Notes: generated by a model from the letters alone, not told the origin. Positions 47,584 to 62,418 are shown, numbered from the stretch's first letter. The stretch is 64,000 nucleotides of DNA from Amoebophrya sp. A120 (GCA_905178155.1 CAJINV010000007.1:4110265-4174264), one strand, 5' to 3'. A program made the numbers and translations.

Positions 47584-48867
47584 ATGCAGCTTACCGCTTC
47601 CGCGTTCACTCGTTGGGAGACCAAGTTTGACGGTCTCCACCCGACCACCGTCGAACTAGCCGACGAGGACGACCACAAGGCGATTCTGCAGGTCCACGCC
47701 ATGGTGGGGAAATCCCTGATCGAGCAGCGGAAGAAGCAGGAGCGGAGGAAACAGCAGGAGCAAGTCCGGAACTTCCATGACCTGCACGGGATTCAGGCGA
47801 CCATGCGGAAGCACTTCCAGGGGGTGCGGAACCCGAACATCAATCCGGATGGGACGAAAAAGGTCCTCGACGTGGAGGCGACGTGGCGGAACTTCCTGGA
47901 ACGGCGGAAGGAGAACAAGTTGAAAAACTTGCAGGCGAAGAAGGAGGTGCTGCAGAAGGCGCAGGAGGAGCTCCGGCAGCACAAACTGAAGCTGAAGCGG
48001 GAGCGGGAAAGGTTGTTTCGGAAAACCTTTATCCCTGACGAGTGGAACACCATGACCATCTACGAGCGGCACATGAAAATCCAACTTCCGCGGAAGGAGG
48101 AGTGGCACCAGGCGGTGAAACAAGCGGTGCGGGAACAGGAAAAGGAGTTCGAGGCGCAACAAGGCCATCTGCAGATGGAAACGCACAAGAACAAATCGGA
48201 CTATTTGCCAACGCGAATGACCAAGGAGTTAAGCGATGAGTTCGCGACGTCGCAGAGAGAATGGCTCACGATGCGGGACCAGGCGAGGCAAGAGGCGATG
48301 GAGGCCCGGAAGGAGGAAAATATCGTGCAGTTTCCGTTCTCCCCGCAAATCAATCCCTACCCGTTCAACTATTTGAAACGCGCGGTCAGAAAGGGAGACA
48401 AAATTTTGCAGAAACAGGCCATGAATTGGGCGAAGTGGGAAAAAATGAACGTACTTTTTCGTGGCATAACGTTTTTCATGTTGCTGCTTTTCTACTTTGT
48501 TACGCAATTATTGCAATCAGTGGTGACAAAGACAAAGACATGAAATTGAAATGATTTCTCTACAGAATAACACTCTCAAACCAAAATTATGCATCTTCAC
48601 GCTCATTAAAAAAAACAGAAACGCGCCAAAGAGGACGTCTTCACGCGAAAGGACAAGAGCGTGCAGACTGGAGCAGGGGCAGTAGACCAGAAGGAAAAAG
48701 ACAAGGCGGCGCAAGAGCAGGATACTCAAGACGACCAAAACGACGAGAACAAGCATTCCTACGCGGAAGAGACCGCCCCGGCGGTTACCTACGTTTCCGT
48801 GCAGGATCCATTCTTGAAGCGGGTGCTCAGTACCATCGACACCTTTGCGCACCCGGTCAAGGACTGA
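47584..48867 (+). CDS. Coiled-coil hypothetical protein; GT-AG intron 48451-48618
   Basis: K/E/Q/R-rich ORF; the splice joins it to ORF 48661-48867 in frame. Confidence 0.75.
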
Positions 48868-50771
48868 AACTTTTCAGCGAAGGTTGGGGGTTTTTCTGTT
48901 GTGATTACACGCAGTTGTAGAGAATTGCTTCTTTAGCGGTGTACTTGTACTTTCATGACAATGAATCTATCGTATCAGGCGAGCGTCTTGACTCAAATAG
49001 CTGTGTAGCGTAGTGGTAGTCTGTTGTTTCCGTGCATAGTTCACATTCATAGCATGTCACTCTGAAATCCAAGTGGGAAAAGTTTGGGAGATGGTTCCTT
49101 GCAGGGATCAAAGTCCAACTACAAAAGTGTTTTGAATGGATGTGACGTATGCGATATTTTCTTTGACGAACACGAGTGCTGTCGTGTCCAGGGCTATAAA
49201 TATCTCTACTTAGTGTTCGATCGCACCAGCCCTCGTTGCTTCTTGACGAGAAGAGGACGCTCCTGGTACGGGTCCTCGTGAGTCCCGGCGAACGTGACAT
49301 GAATTTCCGAGGTTAGCGAATCAAAAAACACACAGAGGAGGCGCCACGCAAGAAATAGCGACGCACGTTATTACCTGCCACTGTCTGAATGTCAATGTTG
49401 AGTATAAGACCAAAAACGGACTGAGAGCACCGAGGGAAGTGTAAGTCGAAGTCATGGCATCTTCCAAGATGAATGTGCTGAATCGACTCCATGATGTCGG
49501 TCACAAAACTGATCTTCATCAAGTGCCTTGATCGTCTTTTTCGTCTAGCCTAAGCAAGGCAGCACATAGTGGTGAAGTACTTATTTGCCCACCGCAGGAA
49601 ATGCTCGAGCCTTGGCGCAACTCTAGGCGATGGACTTCCTGGCCTTTCTGAGTGATTTCTTCAGACCGTGCCACGCCTTCGAAAAGCCTGGCAACGCTCC
49701 TCGCGGCCAGTGTGATGGAGGTGCGACCTGTTATCCGGCCGCGACCGACGCACCCACCCGGGCGCTGGACGATAAAGAGCAGCACCGCAATGCAAGCAAC
49801 TGTGTTGCGGCGATCGCCAGCGGGGAAGTAGATCTCGATCTTCGTCTTCAAATACATAGAGGCAGCGTCGGACTTCATAGCGCCGCGGCCGGCCCGTCTG
49901 CGCAGGGACGTCCCCCGAGCTTTTCGGCAAACATACCAACGACCGCCCGCCGCCGCCGCCGCCGCCGGGGGGCGGGCGACGTCGGCCACCTTGGCGCGTC
50001 ATTCCGGGCCCGGCCGGGCCCTCGGGCCCTTGTCGCAGCGCACCCTGCTCCCTGCCCCCCGGCTCGCGCCGCACCGGCGCGCGCCCCTGGCGCTTTGGCT
50101 TTTGTTACGCCCGCAGCCCAATAGGGTGCGTGGCGCCCGCTCGGCCTGTGTATGGTGGGGGCCGGCGAGGGGCATTGAAGGTGGGCGCGCGAGCGGGGCG
50201 CCCCCGTGTCGCGTGGTCCTTTGTTTCGTTGTGTTGTATTATATTTGCCCACTTTATTGTAAGCGCATGCCCGTGCTTTCTGAGGGCCGGAGACGTACGC
50301 GCAGGCAGGAAGAAACTCGCTACCTTTTGGTGTTTGGTCTCGTGCTTGCGAATGATTTCGAAGAATGAGAATTCATCCCTAGCGAGGGGCGCGGCAGTTG
50401 ATCTGGAGGCGAGGCAACTAGTGAGAAGAGAGACCTGCCAAAGATCTGGCATTGAGATTCAATAGCTGCAGGACTACGAGTACGCTTGGATGAGCTTGAG
50501 TTTTGCCTTTGTCCTGCATGGCCTCGCGCAGGGGCGCGCAGCTGCATTACGACGTCAATTCATCTGCGAAGCAAAGAAGTTTTTCCTTGTGCTTACTTAT
50601 CTGAACTCAAAGGCAATAGGGTCTAGACGAAAGCGAAGTTCCTGATGCAGGGTTGTCTTCGCGTTACCACGACGAGATCGCACTGCATGCCTCCAGGATA
50701 GTGCAGCTAGCGCTCGAGGGCAGCGCCAGCCTGCTCTCCTTTCGAGGCCTATACCAATTCCCCATCAAGTC

Positions 50772-53700
50772 ATGTCAGCCCCACCAGCACCATCACCGGC
50801 GAGCATCGCCGCCCAATTCGTCCCGCCCTCGACCAGAAGGTTCTCCGCTTTGATTCCCAGTTCTGCAGCTGGAGGGCAGTTTGAAAATAGTACTCGAGGC
50901 GCCGATCGTCATGGCACCTCCACCACCAGTCCGAGCGTGCGGGCCGTGCAGCTGCTCAGCAGTCCAGGGCGCAAGGAAGCCAGCGGCTTTGGTGGTTTCT
51001 TCCGCAAAAGCAAGAAATCGACCAAAAATGAACTTCCAGGACTGTCCCGCATCGATTCAGCGGGGGGAAGTGGTGCAAGTGCAAACAGCGATATTAACGG
51101 ATCGAGCGATAAATCTTTAGCCATCAAGAAATACAGCAGCTCTTTCGGGAAGGTGCTGAGTGAGATATCTAGGCGCGGTCGAAATGTGTCCATTGTGGGT
51201 CGGCGTACCACGCTGGGAAAACTACTGGCCCGAGCAAAATCTTTGGGCCGCCGGCCCAAGCGGAAAACGCTGAGCCAGCGGTTGCAGGACGTAAAAGACT
51301 ACCTGGACGAATTTCCGGTGATCACCTTTTACAGCAACGAGAACAAAATGATCGATCGGGTCTTGATCTTCACGGTTCTCCTGCTCGCGATCCGCGTGCC
51401 CCTCGCGCTCGGCTTCGGCCCGGCGCTGCCCTCCCTGGTCCACCTGTTTGGCAACGGGGCGCGGAACAGCGGGGTGGTGGCAGGGGAGGAGCTCGGCGAC
51501 TACAGCACTTTTTTCGAGGTCTTTGTGTGCGACTTGGTGTACCTCCTGTACATGCCGCTGCGGTTTTTCATTTCCGTTGGTGATTTGACTAGTGGTAAGG
51601 AGATCGACCGCAAAACACACATCCTCGAGTACCAGTTTTTAAACCCGCTGTTTTACCTGGACTTGCTGTCCCTCTTTCCGGTGGTAGTCAACTTCACCAC
51701 GCCGCCCGAGGACCCCTCGCAGAGCGTGGTCTACTACCTCTTGGTGCTGAAGCTCCTCCGCTTCCACCGGTTGATCATATTACCGCAGTCGCATTTTGAA
51801 CTCCGCTACAACCAGGGTGTCCAGTTGGTCCGCATGCTGATGTGGATGGTTCTCCTCTTCCACATCCTGGGCTGCTACTGGTTCTACATCCTCTTTTTCC
51901 GCGACAAAGTCGGCGTCTTGATTTTGGACGAAACGGCGGAGTCGACTGCTGCTGGGACCACTTCTTCTGCTGGCGCGACGTCGCTGCTCCACCGCGACCT
52001 CTTCCGGATGTACGTGTACTGCTTTCGCGATGCGATTTACCTCATGAACGGCGAATCCCGGGACCAGAATCTGTACGAAAACAACAACGAGCTGGTGTTT
52101 ATGGGCATCGTGGGAATGTGTGGCGGGCCGTTTTTCGCCGTGGTGTACGCGCACATGACCATTTTCCTGGAGCGCATCGGCTCGCTGGCGAACAAACACA
52201 CGGAACAAATGTCGCTGATCCGCGCGGCCATGAAGTCCCTGTCGGTCCCGAAAGACCTGGAGCAACGGATCACGAAGTACCACACTTTCTTGGCCATCCA
52301 CCACAACTTGCACGCCTACAACACGTTGATGCAGGGGCTGTCCGTCTCCTTATTTGTGGAACTCAAGGCGTTTCTGTTCCGAAAACTGTTCGAAAACGCG
52401 CCCTTCTTCCGCCACGCCCCGCTGGAGTTTGTGCACACGCTGATCCTGGTGCTAGTGGAAGTGACATTTTCGCCCGGAGATTTGATTGTGCGACAGGGCG
52501 ACATCGGCGAGGAGATGTACTTTATCATTCGCGGGACGTGCGATGTGTTGAATGCGGAATGGGATACGGTACTATAATTTAGAGGAAATGGTTTTGGTGA
52601 ATGATCAACGTGCTCGAGCATAGAATTTCAATTTCCTGCTTCGTCTATCGCGGTAGAGAGGTGGACATCAGCTATGTCAATTACGAAACCCCGCTAGTTA
52701 TACTTCAGCCCAACTACCCCCGCTAGTTGTACTTCGGCCCAACAAATACAGGTCCGCAACCTCCGCGAGAACGAGTATTTCGGCGAGATTGCGCTTCTGG
52801 CCCAAACCCCCCGGCTGTGCTCGGTTCGCGCGTCCACGTATTGTCTGCTCGCGGAGATCACAAGGGAAAAGTTTCTGCCGATTTTGGAACAATTTCCGGA
52901 GCAACGGGAGGCGATAATCGAAAATCTACGAAGGTACATCATCGTCGGCAACAATAACAAAGAAGAGCATGAACATGATGTGCGGGAGGACGACGAGGCG
53001 GGGGAGAAGGACGATGGTCTTCAAATGAACGATCACCAAAGTTGTACACTACCGGCGCCGCTGGCTGAACAGGCTTCTTTCCGACCATCCGCCGCGCAAG
53101 CAGCAAACAGTCGCGTCACTGTATGCACGGAAGATGAAGAAAAGCGTGTGCTCCTTACAACTTACGTCTCAGCTCGTAACTTTGTATTTGTTCTTCCGCC
53201 CCCGCGCAGGGATGCGTAATTCCTCTTGAAGCGATCATGCTCATACTTGGTGATGTCTACATAACATGCCTTCGCTTGTTGTTCTGCACTTTTTTGCATC
53301 CGGAATTTTTTTGCATCCTGCTCAAAGCTGCAACTCTGTGCCTGTGCGCTGCAATACTGGAAGAAAGAGCTGCGCAGCACATTTTTCTACTCCGGGATAC
53401 GTTGCCGCTCCTAGCATGTCCATGCCCCTGGGCGCTGCGAGCCGAGTGACTAAGAGTTCGACATCAGGTCCTCCGATCTACGACCTGGAGCTGGATCCCC
53501 CTGGTGCCGAGGGAAGAAATAGCAAGCGACCCACTGGTGCTGGCGCGCCGCAATTCTTTTCCGCCAGAGGGCTAGGAGGTGGAGGCAAGCAGCGCAACAG
53601 TCAAAATGTGCGCTCCAGACGGGATTTGCTGACCGGCTTAGTGGATATCCCATGTGGAGTCACCTCCTACTTCACTCTCATTTTTTTGCAAAAAATGCTC

Positions 53701-56700
53701 CGCTCATGCGAATCGCGATAGAAGCATTCACAGCAGGCATGCCAAAGAAATTCAGGACCTCTTTTCAAAACAATAAATGCAACTACATAGAAGTTCTTCC
53801 TGAAAGTAATTGCGTCGAGGGTGAAGATTTTCGCTAGCACATTGGAGACCGTCGATGCTCAAGGAAATCGGATCGATCCACGGCAGCAGTTTGTCGACTC
53901 ATGTCATCGCGACAAAAAACACGAGGATCTGGTAGACTACCATAGTGCGGATGACGACTTCGACGAGTTTGAAAATTCCAACGCGACTCACCACCAACAG
54001 CAGGGCCTCTTTTCTCGCTTTAAAAAGAGCATCTGGAATCCGTTTCTTGCAATACCATCTTCCTCGAATCCAAACGAGAGCAAAGATGGGAGCAGTGGTG
54101 CTGCGTCAAAGGCTGGTGCTTCATCTGGGAGTGCTGGGACTACGATGTTGAAAAGCAACACGGCCAACAGCAATAAAGGTGGGATGAACAATCGTGGTTC
54201 CAGACAAGAACCCGCTGCTGGCGCGTCGCCAGAGGTTCGCGCGACCAAAGACGCGATCGCGCAAATTCGGGCGAAATCAGGAGTAGGCCTGGCTGTGCAC
54301 CACCAACATCCCCCGAGCCAGAACACCGGCCTGGGGGCGATGTTTCCAAAGACCGCTTCGGAAGCCGCCCAGGCCGTGCAGAGAGCGGCCGAGTCAAACG
54401 GAGGTGGTCACGAACTCATCCTCTTCACAAAAACCAGCACGGAAGGCCAAGAAACGTTAAGCAGGGTTCCTGTTGACAAGAACACCTCTGCTGGTCCTAG
54501 CACTTCATCCTCATACGACGGCTGTGAAGTAGATCTGCATCTTCACCGACGCAGCAGCCCTGGAGGGAAGATGTTGAGCAAAGGAGCTTCTCCTGCAAAG
54601 GTAGCCCCCGCTCCGATAGAGACCAGCAGCAGAGGAGATCATGCCCACAACAATCAGAAAACAGCAAGCCCGAATGCTAGTGGTAGTGATCAAATGGACA
54701 ACATGGAGCGGCGCCCACTTTCGCCGCCTCAGGGGCCCCCTTCACCCCAGCAGCCACGCCTCCTTCAGTTCGGCGCGCCCGCGGGCGTGGCAGCTCCGGG
54801 ACATACTAACAACCCCAGTTCCACCGCGTCGTCCGGCACATCTACCACGAAAGAGCAGAAGCAAAAAAAGACAAAACCGGCCTCGCGCCAGCTGGATCCA
54901 CGAGGCACGGTTCAGGTGGCGGGCGGCGCTACGATTGCGTTTAACCCGCACATCTCTTTTGACAGTCGAGACTACATCGAACAGGAGGCGGAAACAAGCA
55001 TCAACGCCATCGAGGAGGGCGGGCCGGAAGAGGAAGATCAAGATTTTAACAAGAGCGCAAATAGTGTTGACTCTCCGACGTTCCGCGATGAACAACATGA
55101 ATTGCGAGAAGAAAACAGGAGCGTAAAAAGCCACAGCCACAACTCGGCGGGAGGTGGAACTACAGTAGCCGGAGGCCCTCCTCACGAAGGACCTATGCCA
55201 GCGAGCCCGAGCAGTAAGACCTCTGGAGGTGGTGGTCCACCTGTCGCTCAGCACTACAACAACCTCCCTGTCTCTCCTACTTCTTCCAGTTCACACGGAA
55301 TAAATAAGCGACCGACGTTGATTCCCCGGGGCGCGCAGTCCTTCGGAGGTGGTCCGTCGAAGTCGGGCTCTGGGAACAATTACGCGCAGCCGGTGAGCAG
55401 TCCTAGTGGCGGTAATGTGATGCCGCTCCACCAGACTACAGCGACTACATCTCCCACGGGCGGGGGTGCAGCTGGCGGGACGAGTCCTACTGGGGGTGCC
55501 GCGAATGGATGGATGGTGAACAAGAAGAAGTCCTGGCGCGGCGGGGCTAGTGTAGTCTACCCCCCGCAGTGTTTAGTTTCGAGGAAATCCCTCTGCACCA
55601 CCGGCACCACGGGGGATCAATTTCTAGCCGCCCCGCGGCCGGGACGCAGTTCGCGGGCCTCACTCTCCGGGGAGGTAGGCAAGGAGCTGAGTGCAACATC
55701 TGGCTCATCTGGGGGCGCGGGGCCGCGGCGAGGCTCCTTTGGAATGGCGGATGAGGTATGAGCTACAAAAATATGTTGTATGCCTTGAGGATCACGATCA
55801 TCGGAACGTCACGTGCTATTTTTTGACACGCGGCTCCTCCCTAATAGGAAGACTTATGCTATTCATCGTCTCTCATGCAACACTCGCAGCACGACAAATA
55901 AGAAATGCAAAGAACACGGCATAATTCTTCCCGTGCTTGACTCATGAAATAGGTCGCGCCGGCTCTGGATGACATTGGCGCGCGGGTGCGGGCGACGCTG
56001 ACACAGGCAGCCGTTCAGGCAGTGAAGTCCGAGGGCTGGAAAAAGGGCAAGAGCAATCTCACCATGGCCTTCACACAACAGAGGGCCACGCACCACGGCA
56101 TGGAGGTGGCTTCTGGGAGCGGTGGACCGTCTAATCGTATCTCTCAAGCTGCTTTTTTTTTTAAGCTTCAGTGCAGCTTTCATCGTAGAAATCTAGCAAG
56201 CAAGGTATGGCGAGTTTTCTTCGCAATATCAGACAGTCTGCATTCCTTGCCTGCCGATCCTTGTTCTGTGTATGTCCCACTATTAATAGCGCAAAAATAT
56301 AAATATCTTCACCAGCTGACATTGGCAAACGAAGTTCCATCGCCTCTGCCATCGCTCTGGTGCGCCGACCGTCCACCACACCCGGCCTGCAGCGGATGGG
56401 AAACAGCACGGTGCACTACGCCGCCCCGTTTTCTTCCTTGAGTAATCTGCAGGGTGAATCGCGGCAGATCGCGGACAGCATCCGGCAGGTGCTGCGCGAC
56501 GAGCTGTGCAAATTGGTGGTGGACCAGCGCCAATGCACCGAGGAGCTGCTGTCCACGTTCTTCGACGATTTTCTTTTCGAGATGCGGGACCTGTTTCAAG
56601 AGCATTGTCACGTTACCGAAGATCTTCATCCGTCGAAGCAATTACAGCAACACACGACCACCACAACGAGCACGATGGAACTGGTTGTTACCCAATCGTC

Positions 56701-56854
56701 GCTACCTGGGACGACTACAAAGATGACCGCGTCGGGCGGTATGCAGTCAGGAGGGATAGAAGAGGGCGATGAGGAAGAGGAGGACGAGGACGAACTCGAG
56801 GACGAAAATTATGAAAACTCTGGTGCACAACAACCACACATGCCTGCTGGTTGA
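50772..56854 (+). CDS. Cyclic-nucleotide-binding-domain ion channel (CNG/HCN/KCNH superfamily) with a long low-complexity tail; intron 52569-52751 and further downstream introns
   Basis: TM segments, FYLDLLSLFP, S4-like LKLLRFHR, a C-linker, and CNBD FSPGDLIVRQGDIGEEMYFIIRG...YFGEIALL..PRLCSVRA; downstream exon joins are uncertain. Confidence 0.8.
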
Positions 56855-58072
56855 GAACATTTAGGTGGCTCTAAACCAAATCCTCCGACCATACCGGCGA
56901 GATCATCGCTCTGACGAAGCTAAGTACGATAATACGCCGGAAATTTTTATGTACTTATTCCCAGCACTGGAATAAAATTAGAATTTTGTGTCGAAATAGT
57001 CATCACGCATGTATGCGTATACGTTTTTTTTTCAACATTTAGCATCGATGCGAAAGTGCTTCTTCTTTGCATTTTCGCGGTAACTTTTTTCTAACATAAA
57101 CCAGTCGGGGTACAGAAGCATAAGTCAGCAAATGACAATGAATACAACTTTGAAGCAAAGACAGAGGTCCTTTGAGCAAATCAAATAACGCCTTCTCATG
57201 CTAGGCCTAGTACCGTAATTTTCGCAAGTTGAAGTTAGTTAAAGTGAAAAATAAAGCAAACTTTTACGTTGTATGTATGTAAAATACATGCGAGAAGAAG
57301 TACCAAGGTGCATTTTGCGAATGGAACAACTTTTACGTATACGTTACACGTATATTACTATCAAACACGCACTAAGGTCCAAAGTCACTAGAGTCGAAAA
57401 TACGACGCGAGTGAAATAGCAGGCGCGGCTTTTTTAACGCACTATACCAGGCGACAGTTTCGAATTTCATAACGTACGATCTTCGAAGTATTTGTTTCTT
57501 GTCACCGTTCGCGTTCGTAGTTGGATGGGCAACATCCTAAACCTTCTTCGTCCTTCATGGAACTACGACGAGACCCGGGCTAGGCTCTTTGTCGTGATTT
57601 GTGTCGCATTTTGTTCGGAGTCCGTTACTGAAGCTTCACAGTCACGACCAGGATAGCGCGCAGCGGTAAAAAGGCTAAGGGGTAAGGCCATACTCATCTC
57701 ATTTTCATCTATCTTCGTCATGCTACGAGCGTTAGGGTTAGAAAGACCGTTCTTGCATAGCTCTTGTGCAGCACACGCAAAATAGCTATGTTGCAACAGA
57801 AGACCACTGCGTAACCCGCGAGACGACCGAGCAGCTGACTAAATGCGAATTAGCGAAAAAAAATTTGCGAGTTCTTCATCATCTCGGCAGAAAGCGCAGA
57901 CGTGTCGGTGTTGATCGTGTGCTGTGTATACTTACCTACATCACCTTATCTGTGCCTCCTCGTAGAGCTTCTCGTTGTCGTTGAAGCCTTGTAATTCTAA
58001 AAGACCTTCTTCTTGTTGCTGTTGAGCACTTGACTTGTACCACAAAAAAAAAAAATCGTCACGTGAATAAAA

Positions 58073-58872
58073 ATGACCGCAAGCAAAGAGACATCCCAGG
58101 CCTACATGCAGGTCGTAGTGCCCAAGAATTGCAAACCCGGCTCTACCTTCAATGTCAAGACACCCGACAAACAGTGGATGCAGGTACGTAGCTTTTCGCT
58201 TCTGTGCTTCAGGAGGACTTGGAAAAGGCCAAACTTTGTGGTGAAATTGCAAAATCATAAATCAAAGTTTATCAGCAACAGCTAGTACAGCTTGCTGTGC
58301 TTCGACTTATATTTGAACAGGAACCGCAATAAAACAAGTCCGACCGCAGTTGGTACCACTACAAAACATGCTTGAATCTTTTTTCGCACGAACAGGTCAC
58401 CGTTCCAGCGGGCGCCAAGCCCAAGCAAAAATTGGTTATGGCTTACGAGCCACTGAACAGCAATGTGACGTCTTCTAGTTCCTCCAAAAGTACAACACCC
58501 TCCGCCCGCGACGACAACAAATCACAGAGTTCATCTTCCGCCCGCTCCAGGTCAAGGTCCCAGAAATCTTCTGCCGGTGAGCGAAGTACAAGTACTAGCA
58601 CCTCTCTCCAACATAAGACGACCAAAAAGCAAGCCGCGAGCGACGAGTTTCTCGAGGAGCAACGATTGGCCTACGAGGCACTTCAGGACAAGTACATGCA
58701 GAAGCAGAAGGAGTCTGTGGTGGTGGAAGTCCCGGTAAATGCCAAGTCGGGGGATTTGGTGCAGGTGAGGGTCAGAGGGGGGCAGTTACTGCAATTTCCC
58801 GTGCCGGAGGGATTGGACAGGGAACAGAGGTTTGTGAACATGGAATACGAAAGTCATGTCAAGAAAATTTGA
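58073..58872 (+). CDS. Small protein with two V-x-VP..K(P/S)G....V....VP repeats; GT-AG intron 58184-58395
   Basis: The splice joins ORFs 58073 and 58372 in frame. Confidence 0.7.
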
Positions 58873-59624
58873 CGCAATCTTCCAGAGAGATGAGGAAGAA
58901 GACCAAATTTCGAAATGAAATCTTTGATGTTTCGCATGATTGGAAATTATAGCAGGGACGCGTCTCGTTTCCGTGCGACCTTGCTCGTGCATGTGAGTGT
59001 CCGCAGAGTAGATGCGCTGTTGATCGAACATAACGAATAAAAGATAGAGCCAGCAGCTGCTTCTGCGATGAATAGAGGTTGTGACGTAGTTAATTGTGTC
59101 ACTGTGTTTTCCGTATCTGTATCCTATCTCTGTGTTTTCCGTTTAAACAACCGACGATATTCTCACTCGACATTACTAGCATTTTTCGGGGTTTTGTTGT
59201 GGTCTGCAGTCGGAGTCGCAGGTAAAATCGTGTGTCGAGAGCTGCATTAGTTCTGCTTTCGTATCGCTTCGTATTCGTGTAGTCGCTTTGAACGAACGAA
59301 TTCATTTGGAGAAACAAATTTTCATTATTTTTTTTTTCGTTTTCGCATTTTCATTGTCTTCCTCGTTGTCGTCTTTCTCTTCGCAATTTTTCCTGGTGTC
59401 CCCCGTTGGTGTTGTACTTAAGTATTTTTTGTTCCTTAATAAGCTCAATTTGAACTCAAAGCTAAAAAATAAAAAAGTCGTCGCTTCAGCCAGAATGGAA
59501 GCACTTACCGTTACAGTGTTGAAGAAATCGCAAGTCATCCTCATGCGCACGACATCTTCCACATTGCTGAGATACTTCCACTCCAAAGCTAAAGCATCGT
59601 CGTACAAGTAAACGAGACGTCTTC

Positions 59625-62150
59625 ATGACGACATCTGACAAGTGCTGCAAAATGGGGCATTTCGCAAAGCGCCGTAAGAGGATCAGGCTTTTTTTGGAGT
59701 TCTTCTGGTGCCGCAAAAGAAAAACTATCCGGCTTTATCTTCTCGCCGCCGGAATTCTGTTCTTCTTAATCTTTCCACCACTACAGCACCACAAGCATCC
59801 ACGTCAGAGGACCTGCTTCGTACAGGGACTAGACCCCGCAAAGACTGCATCCGCGGCTGACCCGGACAAGAGTGTAGTGGCGGGCGACGACCACGATGGA
59901 AGATCCGTGCAAGAAAATCTAGCTGACCTTCGGCCATCGCGATCACAAGCAAGTACGCGGCAAGAAGCAAAAAAGATAAAGGAAGAAGTTGTACCGCCAG
60001 ATGCTAGCACTACAGCAACGCGCGGGCTGAAGTCTTCACAGCGAAGTAGTAGATCCCTGCAAGAGAAGATACAGATGGCTAACGCCACGATACAGCTAGA
60101 CGCAACTGCCGAAGTTGTAGCTTCTCCTCGTGCTCCTGTTGATAAAAATGCTGGTTCCACCTCATCTCACGACCCTTCTTTCTCCGCATTCTTGGTGCGT
60201 AGAGAGAAAAAGGAAGACGGTGTTCTTTCGACGTCGACCCATGATCTTCACAAGAAACAGAATCAACCTGCGGGTTTTGTCCAGCAACGACCACATGAAC
60301 TTCTCCGCGCGAGGACGAAAACGGCTTTCAGGATGAAACCCGATGGAGGAGTAACATCATCCCCAAGCTCTTCGAGTGGATCGTCAGCACCAGCCCAAAA
60401 TGGCACAAATACTATGACGACCCTCCAAATATTAAACTCTCCTACAACATCCAGCAACGAAACAGACGCTACCATAATTCCCGGTTCCGAAAACGATACT
60501 ACCTCTGTTCAGTCACCGGGCGGCGCAATCGCCAACGGCACCTTGGACTCCGCGCAAGCCAAGGCGGCGGGGGAAAAATCAGCAGCTTCTGCTTCTGCCA
60601 ACAACACGACCCTTCTGATCGGCGTTGGCGGCGTTGTGTTCGGGATCTTGATCGGGATTTGTTCCAACCGCGGAACGGCTGCGAAAGCAGTAGAGAAGGA
60701 CCCAGAGAAGACTCCGGAGTCGCCCGTGATCAACAAGAGCATGCGGAATTTGAGCTTCGTGGAGGGCGGGATCTTTTCAAGTAACGCCAACGCTATGGGT
60801 TGCGAAAATGTCTGGGTCTGGAAGATTGCAACTTGTCATGCTGTCCTTGGATTCCAAAAAAATCTGTATTGCGTGACCAACAACAGGAGTCCAGTTTGTG
60901 TTACGCGGAGACGGCATTTCTCATGCGGAACAGGCATCAGGAAGCCCTCTGAAATCCTGTGGTGCTAGATCATGCATTACATGCGTCACGGATCATTCAA
61001 AATATGCATCACAAGTCCCGGAATCTTCCAGACCCAGACATTTTTGCATTTGATAAACGCGTCGCTAGTACAACCCGCCGGGGCGAACGAATCGTCTTCT
61101 GGGTCAGAGGACCAGCGGTCACCTCGCGGCCCGCAGGAAAGACGATCTGTGAGAAGTAGTCCGGTGGGAGAGCAAAGAGGAGGACCTCCAGCGGGGCCTT
61201 CTGCAGACAGTCCTCGTGGTCCTGGCTCCGCAGGAGCTGCTCCCAGTCGACGTAATAGCACAACCAGTGCCACCAGCTCCAGTCCCCACACGACACGCAT
61301 CAGGCCGCCGCGCGGGGGCGGCAGTGCCGGTGTAGAGGGTGAGCGGCAAGCGCCAAATCCGGTAGTTTCAACGACGGGCGGACCATCATCGCCTCGTAGT
61401 CCCAATGCAGCAATCAATAGCGCCACTACGGCTATTCCGGACCCAGCGAAAAGTAAAGCAGACGTAGGAGGCCGGCGTGGCGCCGGCGCGGCGATGCTTG
61501 GCGGCGGGACGGTGGGCATGGGAACCATGATGGGAGGTCCTCTTGGTGGTGCGGCAGGAGCAGGGAAAATTATGACGGGGACCATCACAGGCGGAGGCAT
61601 GTTCTTCGGGGGAAAGAGTCCAAGTTCGGCTAAATCGAAGTCACCGGGAGGGTTTCCTGGTGCAGCAGCTACAGGCGGGGTACTCTCACCGCCCAACAAA
61701 AATACGACATCAAACGCGGCCGGCGGCAAAGCAACGGCGACAAGAAAAAGCGGAAGCAGCGACGAAAAAAAGGTCGCTGCGCAGGGGAACGACGGAGAGT
61801 TTCTGATCGGGGAGGATGATGGATATGATTATGAATACGGTGACGAAGATGATGATCTTATCGGGGGCGTTGACGACGAAGAGGACGAATTTCTTGGCGG
61901 GGGCAGTACGAACATGCCGGTGGTGGCTCCGCGGACGACACCCGGGGGGATCGGCGGTTTTGGCGCTGCAGCATCGAAGACAGGAGCGGCATTCGTTGCA
62001 TCCCCTTCAGCTGCGTCCAAGAACTTCGGCACCGGGAGCGCCTTTATGGGGGGCAAGAGCGGCATGTTCGGCGGTCTTCAAGGGAGAACGAAGCCTCCTG
62101 GTCCTGTTTCGCCATCAGCGCCGAGCTATCGTGCCGCAAACAGTTCTTAG
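59625..62150 (+). CDS. Low-complexity membrane protein with two hydrophobic segments and a G/S/P-rich tail; one introner
   Basis: ORFs 59625 and 60972 join (SSNANA|SLVQP) when 60794-61060 is removed. Confidence 0.7.
60794..61055. mobile_element. Introner family C
   Basis: TATGGGTTGCGAAAATGTCTGGGTCTGGAAGAT...ATCTTCCAGACCCAGACATTTTTGCATTTGATA; TSD AACGC. Confidence 0.92.
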
Positions 62151-62418
62151 TGCTGCCGCCTCTATATCTGTCAATACCAATACAATAGTATTTTGAAAAA
62201 GAAAATGGAGATGCTCAACAAGCTCATGGTTATGCAGCAGCTGATGCTGCATGAGCAGCGGCTCTATTGCATGATTGTCCACTCTTGATGCCACCGCGTC
62301 CAATACGTCGACGTTAAAGCATCAAAAGAACGAGCTGACTACTTTAGCTTTACCTCAGAAGATGCATGTGGTGCATGGAGATGAACAGCAGCACTGCAAA
62401 TTGTCATTGACAGCAAAG

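Noticed and set aside
2904-61060. Ciliate-type IESs removed at the DNA level
   Set aside because: Not formally excluded, but the TSDs are variable 5-mers rather than TA, the genetic code is standard, and the AG bias points to RNA splicing; DNA reads lacking the inserts would revive this idea
1376-62150. Interrupted genes as pseudogenes or as users of a reassigned stop codon
   Set aside because: Stops fall inside TIR inserts or introns, exon frames are intact, and genes end in ordinary TGA/TAA/TAG
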